Positions 9,517 through 19,434 are shown, counted from the first letter of the stretch. The stretch is DNA of 48,065 bases from an uncultured Methanobacteriaceae archaeon (GCA_964547125.1 CAZJLS010000005.1:1-48065), one strand, 5' to 3'. The notes: generated by a model not told the origin, from the letters alone. Made by a program: numbers and translations.

Positions 9517-10176
9517 TTAATGTCTTAGTATATTATTTCTCATTTCTATTTCACTACTTATTACAGATATTAATTCTTTTGTTTTATCAGTTGTTTGTTC
9601 ATTTATTTTAATTTTTAATTCTTTAATATTCTCAAGAATCATCACATCTATATCTTGCACTTCAACACTTGTTGTTGGATTTGAATAAGATATTAACTCT
9701 TTTAGGTCTTTTAAATCTTTTTCCAAATCAGGATTATTATTTTTACTTATAATATTATCAATATCAGTTTTAATATTTTGATAAAATGTAGTGTAATTAG
9801 AATATCTTTTTTCAACTTTTTCAATATGATGTTTACTTGGAAGTAAAAAAACAATAAGAAGTAAATGAACTGCAAGAATTATAACTTGGAAAAATAAAGC
9901 TAAATTAATCGGTATTATAAAATTTAAATAAACAATAACAATACTTGTTATCAATTGGAAAATCAATAATGTGTTTGTTGCAATAAGTATTGGATAGTTG
10001 TTGAAGCTATTTTCATGATTACTTTGCAATGAAACATAAACATTTAAAAGTAAAGTTATAAGACTAAAAATAAATGTTAAAATGAAATTAAAATTCATTT
10101 GGAAATTTAATAAAATCGCAACAACATAAACAACAAAAATAATTGTATTAACTATTACATTAATTTTATCAAACAA
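9517..10176 (-). CDS. Hypothetical integral membrane protein with about 4 TM helices and a soluble C-terminal region.
   Basis: Hydrophobic N-terminal two-thirds. No recognisable motif. Confidence 0.35.
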   Translation of the reverse strand: MFDKINVIVNTIIFVVYVVAILLNFQMNFNFILTFIFSLITLLLNVYVSLQSNHENSFNNYPILIATNTLLIFQLITSIVIVYLNFIIPINLALFFQVIILAVHLLLIVFLLPSKHHIEKVEKRYSNYTTFYQNIKTDIDNIISKNNNPDLEKDLKDLKELISYSNPTTSVEVQDIDVMILENIKELKIKINEQTTDKTKELISVISSEIEMRNNILRH

Positions 10177-10193
10177 AATTAAATCCCCCTAAT

Positions 10194-11348
10194 CTAATTA
10201 TTTAATGGTTCTCCACAATTTTCACAGAATTTAAATTCTTCTTTAACTTTCACCCCACATTTAGGGCATTTTAATTCTTTTATAATTTTAACTCCACATT
10301 GATTGCAAAATTTAGCACTAGGATTTACTTGTGCTCCGCAGTTAGTGCAGAATTTCTTTTTCTCATTAGTCTCATCATCATTTGAAACTGGAAGAGTATT
10401 TTCATCTAGTTTTGGTTCATTTTCATTATGAGAATCTTCGTTTGCTGGTTGATTATTTGTGAAAGCTTGAGATTGTTGTGAAAATGGTGATTTCATACCT
10501 CCAACAACACCTTCTTTTAACATTTCACCAAATGCCATAGCAATAGGTATTTGTGTTATCACACCACCAACACCATCTTGTTGACCTGGGTTTTCAGCAT
10601 ATTTTTTAGCAATTTCTGCCATTTGTTCATCAGCCCAGTTAAAGTTAAGTGTTCCATATTCCATTTGTTTATTAAGAACATCTTTAAGCTTTTCAGTATC
10701 TTCTTCAGGTGCAAATAAAGTCCCAACATAAAAATCTACAAGTTCAATACCATAATCATGAAATTCTTCATTTAATTTCTCATGGATTGCTTTAGAAATT
10801 TCATCTAAATGAGTAGTTGCATTAAAATAACTAATTTCAGATAAAAGAGTTGCAAGAGAATCTTTAGCACGAGTAACAATTTTCTGCTTAAAATAATTCA
10901 TTAACTGTTCAGTATTAACAATATTCTGAGTTCCAACAACTTTAACTAAAAATTTACGGGAATCATCAATCTTAAACTCTAAAGCACCAGAAGCACCAAT
11001 ACTTAACATAATACCAAATTGTGGATCAATAATCTGGAATCTGCTACTGGTACCCCATTCCATATTAAGACTAGTTGCCTTATTAATGAAATATACTTCA
11101 CAATGAAATGGACTAACCCCTTCAGTAGGAATATTAATAATATTTCTAAGTAAAGGAATATTTTCAGAATAAAGGGTATATTTTCCAGGACCAAATAAAT
11201 CTAAAGCTTGCCCATCTTTAAAAAATATAGCTTCTTGAGATTGATGAACAATTAATTGACTGTGTGTGTTAAAGTCTTCAGCAGGGTGTTTGTAAACAAG
11301 AGTATCATCCCCACCTTCATACTTAATTACTTTTAAAAGTTCCACCAT
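10194..11348 (-). CDS. SPFH/band-7-like domain protein with three C-terminal zinc ribbons (COG4260 'virion core protein-like' type).
   Basis: SPFH-like N-terminal 270 aa, a Gln/Asn-rich linker, then FCTNCGAQV..FCNQCG, CPKCG and FCENCG ribbons. Confidence 0.65.
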   Translation of the reverse strand: MVELLKVIKYEGGDDTLVYKHPAEDFNTHSQLIVHQSQEAIFFKDGQALDLFGPGKYTLYSENIPLLRNIINIPTEGVSPFHCEVYFINKATSLNMEWGTSSRFQIIDPQFGIMLSIGASGALEFKIDDSRKFLVKVVGTQNIVNTEQLMNYFKQKIVTRAKDSLATLLSEISYFNATTHLDEISKAIHEKLNEEFHDYGIELVDFYVGTLFAPEEDTEKLKDVLNKQMEYGTLNFNWADEQMAEIAKKYAENPGQQDGVGGVITQIPIAMAFGEMLKEGVVGGMKSPFSQQSQAFTNNQPANEDSHNENEPKLDENTLPVSNDDETNEKKKFCTNCGAQVNPSAKFCNQCGVKIIKELKCPKCGVKVKEEFKFCENCGEPLNN

Positions 11349-11567
11349 ACTTATTAAACCTTCCTATAAAATTTATTTATATAATATACTATTAACCTAC
11401 ATATATAAATATTTTATAAAAAAAAGAAAATGTTAAAAATAATGTTAATGTTTTAATTATATTATAAAAAAAAAATTACTGTTTATTGAATGTATTTTAT
11501 AGCTTTTTTCTTCATCATTTTTATGACTAAATAATCAATATTGCATTCTCTTTTAAATTTTATTTAA

Positions 11568-11939
11568 TCATTTATCTGTAAGTTTATGTACTGCGTATGC
11601 AATAATTATTGCAATTATAATTCCTAAAATTAAACCTGGCCATGCACCAATTGCTTTAAATGTAACAGCATATATTATAAAAGCCAAACTAATGTAAGTA
11701 ATGCCTTTACAACAACATATAAGATCTTTATTATCATTATTATTTTGAGGAATATTATTATTTGTGTTTGTATTTTGATTTACTTTTGGGGGTTCAACTT
11801 TAACTGGAGGTGGTGTTTCAACCTTTTTTGAATTATCTTTAAATTTACTTCCACAAGCTTGACAAACTATAAAATCATTTTCTTCTTTAAGATGTGAGCT
11901 TCCACAATTTTCACATCGGTATTCTGTAATATTTGTCAT
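11568..11939 (-). CDS. Zinc-ribbon protein with a Pro/Asn-rich linker and a C-terminal TM anchor.
   Basis: YRCENCGSSHL...CQACGS ribbon, PPPVKVEPPKV linker and a C-terminal hydrophobic segment. Confidence 0.5.
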   Translation of the reverse strand: MTNITEYRCENCGSSHLKEENDFIVCQACGSKFKDNSKKVETPPPVKVEPPKVNQNTNTNNNIPQNNNDNKDLICCCKGITYISLAFIIYAVTFKAIGAWPGLILGIIIAIIIAYAVHKLTDK

Positions 11940-12364
11940 AATTCACCCCAAAATTTGTATTAAAATATAATGAATTTTATGAATAATTTTTTGTAAATTA
12001 AGTTATAAATAGTATTCTAAATTAAGATTTTTATAGTTTTGCTTAAATATTTATAGTTGATTTTCTTTAAAATAAGTGAAATATTGATATTTTTGTTGAA
12101 TTTGTAGAAAAAGAGTTTTTTAGGTTTTGAAAAAAAGATATTGATAAAAAAAATATTTTTTTATCTGTTTATCTTTTTTTCTAAAAAAAATTTTTTAAAA
12201 GTTTTTGTATAGAAAATTTGCAATATTTGTTTCATTTTCTTATGAAAAAAATATTAAGTTTACTTATTTTTCACAATTAAATTAACTTATTGCATTTTAT
12301 ATTCTATAAATAAACTTATATAAACCTTATGGTATTGTTTTTTTAATAAAAATGAGATGAAATA

Positions 12365-12844
12365 TTAAGTTTCTGTATGTGTTATTATTATCATAATTAT
12401 CCAGTATATGATATAAGCGATTTTACCTATGGGTAATGGTATGATATAAAGTAAGAATATTGTGCTTAGTATTATGAAAAATATGGATTTTGTCCATTTT
12501 TTGTAGTATATAAATCCTAGTCCAGGTATTAATGCTGATAGTAATATTGGTATTGGTTTGAATTCTGCATTTAGTATTCCTATGCCTTGTTTTTTTATTG
12601 TGTTTTTTGCTTTGTTTTTTTGTATTTGTCTTTGGTTTATGTTTTTTATGTTTTTGCTTGTTTCTCTTGTGTGTCTTCTGTTGAAGTTTCTGTTTAGTTT
12701 GTCTTGGTCTAGTTCTTTTTTTCTTTGATCTATTTGTTTTTTTCTTTCTAATTCTTTTATTTGTTTTTTTAGTGATTTTCCACAGGTTAAACAGTATCTA
12801 TCATGATTTCTGTTTTCTGCTCCGCATTTTGGACATTTTATCAT
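12365..12844 (-). CDS. Zinc-ribbon protein with a basic coiled linker and a C-terminal two-TM region.
   Basis: MIKCPKCGAE...CLTCGK ribbon, a Lys/Arg-rich linker and a hydrophobic C-terminus. Confidence 0.5.
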   Translation of the reverse strand: MIKCPKCGAENRNHDRYCLTCGKSLKKQIKELERKKQIDQRKKELDQDKLNRNFNRRHTRETSKNIKNINQRQIQKNKAKNTIKKQGIGILNAEFKPIPILLSALIPGLGFIYYKKWTKSIFFIILSTIFLLYIIPLPIGKIAYIIYWIIMIIITHTET

Positions 12845-12901
12845 TTTTAGGTATTCCTTAATATTTTTATAATAAATATTTAGGTTAACCTAATATATAA
12901 A

Positions 12902-14293
12902 TTAACATAATTTTAAAGCAATATTTTCATATTCTTCATCTATTTTATCAAAATCTTTTATTGAAATTTTACTTTCTTTCTTATTTTCTATTGCAATTTT
13001 TATATTAGAATTAATATATCCTTCTTTCTCAATTAAATCTATTAATTTTTTTCCATATGTATTTTCAACATTATTAATACGAATTTCCATTATTTCTATT
13101 AAGTCATCTTTTTTCAGACCTAATATTTTATTAAGTTCTTTTATTTCAGCTGTTATTTCTTTTGCCCAATTTTCAAATGTGATTTTCGTTCCATCTTTTT
13201 TAAGTGTTGGATTTTGGTATCCATATTCTGCTATTTTTTCATAATTATAGTCTGCTTCAGTTTGCCAGTCTTTATATTCTGATTCTTCTTTTAAAAGTAG
13301 ATAGATTAGGAATAAATGTAATATTTCCATATCTTTTTTGTTTATTCCAATTTTTTCAAATGGATTTATATCTATTGACCTTATTTCTATATATTGGATT
13401 CCATTTGTTTTCAGTGATTCTAATATGTTTTCATTATCTTTTGCTTTGAGTCTTATTGGTGTGTATAATTCTTTTGCTTCTGTTAATTTTTTTTCTCTTA
13501 TGAATGTTTCAACATCTTTTATATATTCTTTTAATGTTTCGTATCTTGGATGTAAAGGTATTTGATTTTTATATCCTGTTGATCCATTTCTTATTGACGG
13601 TCCTTTTTTTGTGTAGTATTCTGTTTGGTTTAAATTTTCTAGTATTGATATGCACTCATTTGTGTAAGTTTGATGTGCTGCTACTGTACTTCCAGTTAAA
13701 TAAAGTATTAACCAACCATATCTGAAATAGTTTCTTGTGATTTTTAAGTATAATTGGTTTTTAAATTCTCTATATGTTTCATTTGATTGAAGTTTAGTGT
13801 ATAATGTTTTTATTGTTTCTTCAGCTATAGAAAAGTTGTAGTGTATTCCTGAAATCATTTGTTTTTGTGTTCCATATTTTTTTACTAGATTTTGTCTGTA
13901 TTCTTCTGCTTTTTTAGCTTTTTTACCTCCTGTGTATTTTGCTATTGGTATTTTATCTTCTGGAGGTAGAATACATGGTAGTGATTGGTTCCATAAATAT
14001 TCATTTTCTGGTATTTTTGTGTTTATTATGTCTGTTAGTGTGTTTAATATTTTATATGTTTCATTTATTGAATCTAAACAAGGTGTTATTATTTCTATTT
14101 GGCTTTCTGAGAAGTCTGTTGTTATTAATGGATTTTCTATTTTATTTCCAAATATTTTAGGGTGTTTTGTTAGTGATAATTCCCCATTTTTCTTTATTCT
14201 TAGGCCTTCTCTTTCTATTCCAAATCTTCCTTTTAGTATTTCTTTTGTTGTGTTTGTTTTTTTGATTTTTTCTATTGTAAAAATATCATTCAT
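12902..14293 (-). CDS. gshA: Glutamate--cysteine ligase, E. coli GshA type. The start is set at the internal Met (MNDIFTIEK), since the 24-aa 5' extension of the ORF track looks spurious.
   Basis: FGIEREGLRI, ITTDFSESQIEIITP and MISGIHYNFS closely match GshA (LERETLRV / ITTDFAEALLEFITP / ISGVHYNFS). An AT-rich TATA-like stretch lies directly upstream of the internal Met. Confidence 0.8.
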   Translation of the reverse strand: MNDIFTIEKIKKTNTTKEILKGRFGIEREGLRIKKNGELSLTKHPKIFGNKIENPLITTDFSESQIEIITPCLDSINETYKILNTLTDIINTKIPENEYLWNQSLPCILPPEDKIPIAKYTGGKKAKKAEEYRQNLVKKYGTQKQMISGIHYNFSIAEETIKTLYTKLQSNETYREFKNQLYLKITRNYFRYGWLILYLTGSTVAAHQTYTNECISILENLNQTEYYTKKGPSIRNGSTGYKNQIPLHPRYETLKEYIKDVETFIREKKLTEAKELYTPIRLKAKDNENILESLKTNGIQYIEIRSIDINPFEKIGINKKDMEILHLFLIYLLLKEESEYKDWQTEADYNYEKIAEYGYQNPTLKKDGTKITFENWAKEITAEIKELNKILGLKKDDLIEIMEIRINNVENTYGKKLIDLIEKEGYINSNIKIAIENKKESKISIKDFDKIDEEYENIALKLC

Positions 14294-14349
14294 AACAATT
14301 GTTATATATTTAAATATATAAAAAGTTTTCATAAAAAAAATAAAAAAAA

Positions 14350-15282
14350 TTAAATATCTTCCCAATTATTATCAATAAGAAAATCCCTTTTATCTTGGGC
14401 CTCAATTAAAGTAGAAAATGTACCAAAAATATGTTTCTTACCATCAATAACTTTAACTATATTATAATTTTTGCCTTTAGATTCTATAAACTTCTTTTCA
14501 GGATTCAAACCATCAACCAAACTCTGATCCCAACCAGATTCAACAAACATTTTCTTTTTATTTCGAGCTTCTTCAACTGTTAAAAATTGACCAAAATAAG
14601 CTTCCTTACCATCAATTTCATTGAAAAGATAAAAAACACCATTACTTTCTTTAATATTTTCAAAATCAACATCTTCAAACTTCTTATCTTTAATACTCCA
14701 ATCAACACTTTCCAAATAATCTCTTTCTTTTTTAGCCTCTTTTAAAGTTTTAAAAACACCGAAAGGAACTATTTTACCCCTCATATCATGATAAATAATC
14801 CAAAAAGTATTCCATTTCCAAATATAATCATAACCATTTCTTTCAGTGAAAATTGGAGAAATTAAAGACTCATCCCAATTTGATTTTAATAAATGATTTC
14901 TAATATTTCGAGCATCAGCTTTTTTATCAAATAATCCAAAACGTTTAACTCTACCATTAACTTCTGCCTTAACAGTATATTTATCAAAAATACGGGAAAT
15001 ATATTTATTATGAGGAATATCCATATCTATAACTTCAAGAGGAGGATTTGTAAACTTATTTTTTACTCTAGGACCTCGAATTCTAGTTTGTTTTCTTTTA
15101 GCTTTTTTCTGTAATTTAACCAAATCTATTTTTGTTGCTTTTTTAATATTAAAAATTGGTCCTTCAACAGGTATTTCATCCTCAATTACTTCATCCTCAA
15201 AATCACGACTTGAAGGATTGCATCTAGGACACTTATCCTGATGGGGAAAAATAATCCCCCCACAAACATCACAATATTTCAT
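14350..15282 (-). CDS. N-terminal zinc-ribbon protein carrying four AP2-like (GxF.T.EEA...D) repeats. Putative DNA-binding protein.
   Basis: MKYCDVCGG...CPRCN ribbon. Four ~45-aa repeats contain FG.F.TL.EA...RD.L....W. Examples are FGVFKTLKEAKKERDYL, FGQFLTVEEARNKKKMF and FGTFSTLIEAQDKRDFL. Confidence 0.45.
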   Translation of the reverse strand: MKYCDVCGGIIFPHQDKCPRCNPSSRDFEDEVIEDEIPVEGPIFNIKKATKIDLVKLQKKAKRKQTRIRGPRVKNKFTNPPLEVIDMDIPHNKYISRIFDKYTVKAEVNGRVKRFGLFDKKADARNIRNHLLKSNWDESLISPIFTERNGYDYIWKWNTFWIIYHDMRGKIVPFGVFKTLKEAKKERDYLESVDWSIKDKKFEDVDFENIKESNGVFYLFNEIDGKEAYFGQFLTVEEARNKKKMFVESGWDQSLVDGLNPEKKFIESKGKNYNIVKVIDGKKHIFGTFSTLIEAQDKRDFLIDNNWEDI

Positions 15283-15359
15283 AAATTAACCCTCAAAATA
15301 AAAATTAAAAATTCATATAATACTATTTAAATAAAATCTAGTATAAATATTAAATTCTT

Positions 15360-16331
15360 TTAATTTACCATATTAATATTTTCTTTATCAGATAAAGGAT
15401 AATTAATTAAAGCATCCGAATCCAAATCCTCTTTATACATATCAACACCATTAATTTGGCTATTATCATAAGTTTTATAATAATAAACTCCTTTATCCAC
15501 ATTCATACAAGAAGAATATAAAGTTATTTCATAAGAATTTTCACCAACCAAAGTACATCCTCTTTGTTGCTCAACAGAAGACAAAATATGGAAAAATTGA
15601 CTAATACATTTAAGGTCATCTTCAGAAACAACAGAATTTAATTTTGTAAAAGCAACTTTAACAAAACGTGACATAGAAGATAAATCCCCCGGTAAACCTA
15701 AACCTCCCATACCTCTACTATAAACATCTAAATTAATATCTCCAAAATTATTATTAGGAGTATCATTTGATAAACTACGATAATTATTTAAATTAAATAA
15801 TTGAACATCAAAACTAGGATTATTAGTCATAACTCCAACAGGATTATCATAAAACTTTAAACCTTCTTTAAGAGATTCAAGAACAATACATTCATCCCTA
15901 TCACCAATCATCCAATGTAGGGGAGAATTAGGTAAACTATCACTAAAATCAATATCAACAATATTAAGATTTTTCACTAAATCCTTAACTTCACTTACAC
16001 TAGAACAAGTACCAAGAATATATGGAACTAACTCAAAAGGAGCAATATTAACCATACCCTCAACTGGTTCTTTATAATCTGCATAACCATCAAAATTCAA
16101 ACCTGCAATAGCCAAACCTTTCTCATTACAAGCATCATAATATAAAGGATATTCTTCAACACCTGCAGTAATTCCAATAAAAGCAAAATGCTCATCTAAA
16201 TTATCAAGCATTTTAAAAGAAAGTGAAAAATTACGAGGAGTGATAGTTACTTTTTCATTATAGCTAATCTCATAATCAAAATTACGGCCAAAATAATAAT
16301 ATTTACTTAAAAATTCACTTGCAGTACACAT
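15360..16331 (-). CDS. bsh: Choloylglycine hydrolase (bile-salt hydrolase / penicillin V acylase family, Ntn hydrolase).
   Basis: N-terminus MCTASEF...GRNFDYEISYNEKVTITPRNF is near-identical in pattern to Lactobacillus BSH (MCT...GRNFDYEISY). The nucleophile is Cys2. Confidence 0.85.
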   Translation of the reverse strand: MCTASEFLSKYYYFGRNFDYEISYNEKVTITPRNFSLSFKMLDNLDEHFAFIGITAGVEEYPLYYDACNEKGLAIAGLNFDGYADYKEPVEGMVNIAPFELVPYILGTCSSVSEVKDLVKNLNIVDIDFSDSLPNSPLHWMIGDRDECIVLESLKEGLKFYDNPVGVMTNNPSFDVQLFNLNNYRSLSNDTPNNNFGDINLDVYSRGMGGLGLPGDLSSMSRFVKVAFTKLNSVVSEDDLKCISQFFHILSSVEQQRGCTLVGENSYEITLYSSCMNVDKGVYYYKTYDNSQINGVDMYKEDLDSDALINYPLSDKENINMVN

Positions 16332-16425
16332 AAGATTATCACCACTTAAAAATATGTATGTGAAACATGATTAATAATCTTATTTAAAAAAAGTACTATG
16401 AAAAAAAGAAAGAAAAAAGGAATAA

Positions 16426-18645
16426 TTAAGCACTATAAGCTACACCATTGACATATAATGTGTAACCATTAGTGTTAATTGTTCCATAATTAATTAAACT
16501 TGTAACATAACTGTTACCAGTTAAAGTCCATGTAGAACCAGAATTAACGATAAGTGTTGTAGAACCATAAGTTCCTGATGGATTAATAGCACCAGAATAA
16601 GTACTTGAATCTAAAGTTAAACTTAAAGTACTAATACTGTCAACAAGAATATTGCCAGTTAAAACTTGATTATTTGCAGTAAATACAACTTTACCACCAT
16701 TAGATCCTGTAGTACCCCATTGATTCTGACCGCTAGCATCCAATAAAATTCCACTATCAAAGTTTAAAGTACAGTTATTTAAATTAATAATAGCTTCAGT
16801 ATTAGTTACATGGAACATTGGAGCAGCACTAGCATATTCAGAATCAGATGCGATAGTTAGTATGCTGTTAGATGCATTTAGTGTTGCAATTCCAACATCT
16901 GCATCCCCACTCATACTTTGATAAATAAAGAATCCTCCAAGATCCACATAAACACCATCAGACTGTCTATTACCTTTTGCATAACATGTTAAATTACAGT
17001 TATCTAAATTTATACTATTTTTACCTTCAATACATGCAATTTGTGATTGAAAAGCAGTACCAGTACAATTTATAGCGGTAATATCTCCAGTAGAATAAAT
17101 AATTGGAGAACCTGCAATATTTTGACTAGATTCAACACCTGTATTTAGAATAGAATTTGTTGCAGTAACAGTTCCTTCTCCACGGTCTGTTGCAAGAGCT
17201 GCACAACTGCCTCCACGTGTATTAATAGTCACATTATCTGCAATTATAATTCCACCATATGTTGCATCTAAACCACGAGATTTATCACGGTATGTACTAA
17301 TATCTACATTAGATACATAAGCAATAGCTCCACTAAAACTAGTAGCACTATTAGTTACAAATATTGCATTTGCACCAGTAGCAGTAGTGATAATAGTCGC
17401 ATCAGAAATGTTTAAAATACTGTTTGCAAGTACTAAAACAGCTGCATTAGTTCCATAAAAATCAGAAGATTCTGAATTAGAACTTGAGACATCTCCAGTT
17501 TTTGCAATAGTAACATCACTAATAGTTAAATTACCACCATTTGCAACAATTACTGCATTAGAATCAGAAGTTGCAGATGAGTACACAATTTTTTTAGTAT
17601 CTGTACCACTTAAAACAATAGTATCCCCATTAACAACTAAATTATCACTAGTAGTGTTTGTATTTGGAACAACTGGAACTGTGCCATTATCTCCGCCAGG
17701 AACATCAGGTGGAACAGTACCATTGCCCGGAACATCAGGAGGTGTTGTACCATTACCAGGAACATCAGGTGGAACAGTACCATTGCCCGGAACATCAGGA
17801 GGTGTTGTACCATTATCATTTTTTTCAAGAATTGTTAAGGTAGTTGAAATATAACTTCCAGCATATTGATCTTCACCTTTATATGTTCCTGTTACAGTAT
17901 AAAGTCCTTTACCTAAGTTGATTTGTAAAGAAGCAATACCCAAATAATCAGTGGTACTATCATAAACTTTATTTGCACCAGAAGAAAGTCTTGTGAGATT
18001 TAAACTAATGTGGCGACCTGCAATAGGTGTGCCTTCTGAATTTGTTAAAGTAATATTGAAACTACTACCTGCCCCTTCTATTTCAACAAAAGGTGATGCA
18101 CTTAATACAGTTGGTGTTTCGCCAGCTCTAATAATTATAATTGTGTTGAATGTTTCTGCATAAGTATAATTAAAACCATTAACTGGTGAAAATGAAGTAA
18201 ATGCTGTATAAACACCGGGTGCTAAGTTGATTGGTAATGATGCTATACCTAAATAATCAGTTACAGCATCATAAACTTTACTAGCGCCATTACTTGTACG
18301 AGTTAGATTTATTGATATGTGTTGTCCTACAATAGCATTACCTTCATTATCTGTAAATGTTACTGTGAACTCATCATCAGAACTATAAACTTTTGTTAAG
18401 TTTATTCCATTTAATTGAGTATTTCCAGTTACATTAGAAGCAAGTAAATTATTATTAGACATGAAAATATTAGGTTTATTGCCTTCAAAACTTGCATTTA
18501 AATTGTCACCATCAGGTAAAGCTGGTGGTTGATTACCATCATTATTTGCAGTTAACATCACTCCATCTTCTGCAAAAGCATTAGGTAAAATCAATAGTGT
18601 AACTAAAAATACTAAAAGTATTGTTACAAAAATTTTCTTTGACAT
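16426..18645 (-). CDS. Secreted adhesin-like protein with a signal peptide, two Ig-like (Big/CarboxypepD_reg-like) repeats, a Pro-rich tandem linker and a C-terminal right-handed beta-helix (pectate-lyase-like) domain.
   Basis: Signal MSKKIFVTILLVFLVTLLILPNAFA. Repeats GQHISINLTRTSNGASKVYDAVTDYLGIAS and GRHISLNLTRLSSGANKVYDSTTDYLGIAS. Linker TPPDVPGNGTVPPDVPGNG x4. Beta-helix-like NxTI / T/S-rich C-terminus. Confidence 0.75.
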   Translation of the reverse strand: MSKKIFVTILLVFLVTLLILPNAFAEDGVMLTANNDGNQPPALPDGDNLNASFEGNKPNIFMSNNNLLASNVTGNTQLNGINLTKVYSSDDEFTVTFTDNEGNAIVGQHISINLTRTSNGASKVYDAVTDYLGIASLPINLAPGVYTAFTSFSPVNGFNYTYAETFNTIIIIRAGETPTVLSASPFVEIEGAGSSFNITLTNSEGTPIAGRHISLNLTRLSSGANKVYDSTTDYLGIASLQINLGKGLYTVTGTYKGEDQYAGSYISTTLTILEKNDNGTTPPDVPGNGTVPPDVPGNGTTPPDVPGNGTVPPDVPGGDNGTVPVVPNTNTTSDNLVVNGDTIVLSGTDTKKIVYSSATSDSNAVIVANGGNLTISDVTIAKTGDVSSSNSESSDFYGTNAAVLVLANSILNISDATIITTATGANAIFVTNSATSFSGAIAYVSNVDISTYRDKSRGLDATYGGIIIADNVTINTRGGSCAALATDRGEGTVTATNSILNTGVESSQNIAGSPIIYSTGDITAINCTGTAFQSQIACIEGKNSINLDNCNLTCYAKGNRQSDGVYVDLGGFFIYQSMSGDADVGIATLNASNSILTIASDSEYASAAPMFHVTNTEAIINLNNCTLNFDSGILLDASGQNQWGTTGSNGGKVVFTANNQVLTGNILVDSISTLSLTLDSSTYSGAINPSGTYGSTTLIVNSGSTWTLTGNSYVTSLINYGTINTNGYTLYVNGVAYSA
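17684..17822. repeat. Tandem DNA repeat (30/60-bp units, about 4.5 copies) encoding the PPDVPGNGT(V/T) linker of the adhesin.
   Basis: gaacatcaggtggaacagtaccattgcccggaacatcaggaggtgttgtaccattaccag appears twice in tandem, with a partial copy upstream. Confidence 0.8.
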
Positions 18646-19046
18646 ATAAAATTACATCCTTTTAAAAAAAATTTTAAATTTTAAAATTAGTTCAAAATGT
18701 ATTTATTAAAAAAATGGTTTTTTATAAACTAATTAAGGTTTTATTAGTTTTTTATATTATTTAAAGCTATTTAAAAACTATTAACACCCATTTAAGTTTT
18801 TTTGACAATATATAATATTTTTTTACTTAAAATTAACAGTACCGATGTGATAATTAATAAAAAAATTTATAGAATTAATACAATAAAAACAAAATATTTT
18901 TAAAGTGAAAAAATACTTAAAATAAGAAATAGGATAATAAATGATCTCAAAATATGAAAATAAAGTAATTTATGGAATATAAAAATAAATTTTTTAAAAT
19001 GGGAAAATAATCATGAAAAAATATGATAAAAGGAAAAACCGTACCA

Positions 19047-19106
19047 TTTATATATTTTAAAAATTAAAAGAAAATAAATATTTATATTAAATTAATATAA
19101 AGGAGG
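19047..19106 (+). promoter_or_regulatory. Candidate archaeal TATA box (tttatatatttt) and a strong RBS (aggagg, 7 nt before the ATG) for ORF 19114..19434.
   Basis: aggagg at 19101..19106. A TATA-like element lies about 55-65 nt upstream of the ATG. Confidence 0.3.
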
Positions 19107-19113
19107 ATTATTA

Positions 19114-19434
19114 ATGAAAAATAGCTTACTATTGTTAATAGTACTCACCATTTTACTATGTCTAGGTATTGCTTATGCAACATTTAACATAGATTCCACC
19201 AACGATGCTAATGAAACCATTAATAATACCAACAATACCACCGATATAGTTAATAATACTACAAGTGATGTATCTAATCAAAATATTAATGGTTCAATTG
19301 CTTGGAAAGAGTATATAACAAAAACAGATGATGGTAACGGAATAGTTATTTATCATGAAGGCAATGGAACTAAATTTTACATTGATGAGGAAGGTAAACA
19401 CGTTGCATCAGAAGATACTGAATGGATCTTCTAA
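19114..19434 (+). CDS. Small secreted or membrane-anchored protein rich in N-glycosylation sequons.
   Basis: Signal/anchor LLLLIVLTILLCLGIAYA. Multiple NxT/S sites (NETINNTNNTTDIVNNTTS). Good RBS. Confidence 0.45.
   Translation: MKNSLLLLIVLTILLCLGIAYATFNIDSTNDANETINNTNNTTDIVNNTTSDVSNQNINGSIAWKEYITKTDDGNGIVIYHEGNGTKFYIDEEGKHVASEDTEWIF

Noticed and set aside
11940-12364. 425-bp AT-rich intergenic region with homopolymer A/T runs, inspected for small RNA, tRNA or CRISPR repeats
   Set aside because: There are no direct repeats with spacers, no GC-rich stem-loops and no tRNA-like cloverleaf signals. It is most likely a promoter or spacer region.
17637-17854. Three overlapping ORFs (both strands) with internally repetitive translations (HLLMFRAMVLF..., GTSGGTVPLP...)
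   Set aside because: They are generated by the 30/60-bp tandem repeat inside the adhesin gene. They are alternative-frame artefacts.
18646-19113. 468-bp AT-rich intergenic region upstream of the adhesin gene, inspected for ncRNA or mobile-element ends
   Set aside because: No inverted or direct repeats were recognised by eye. Only generic TATA-like AT tracts are present.
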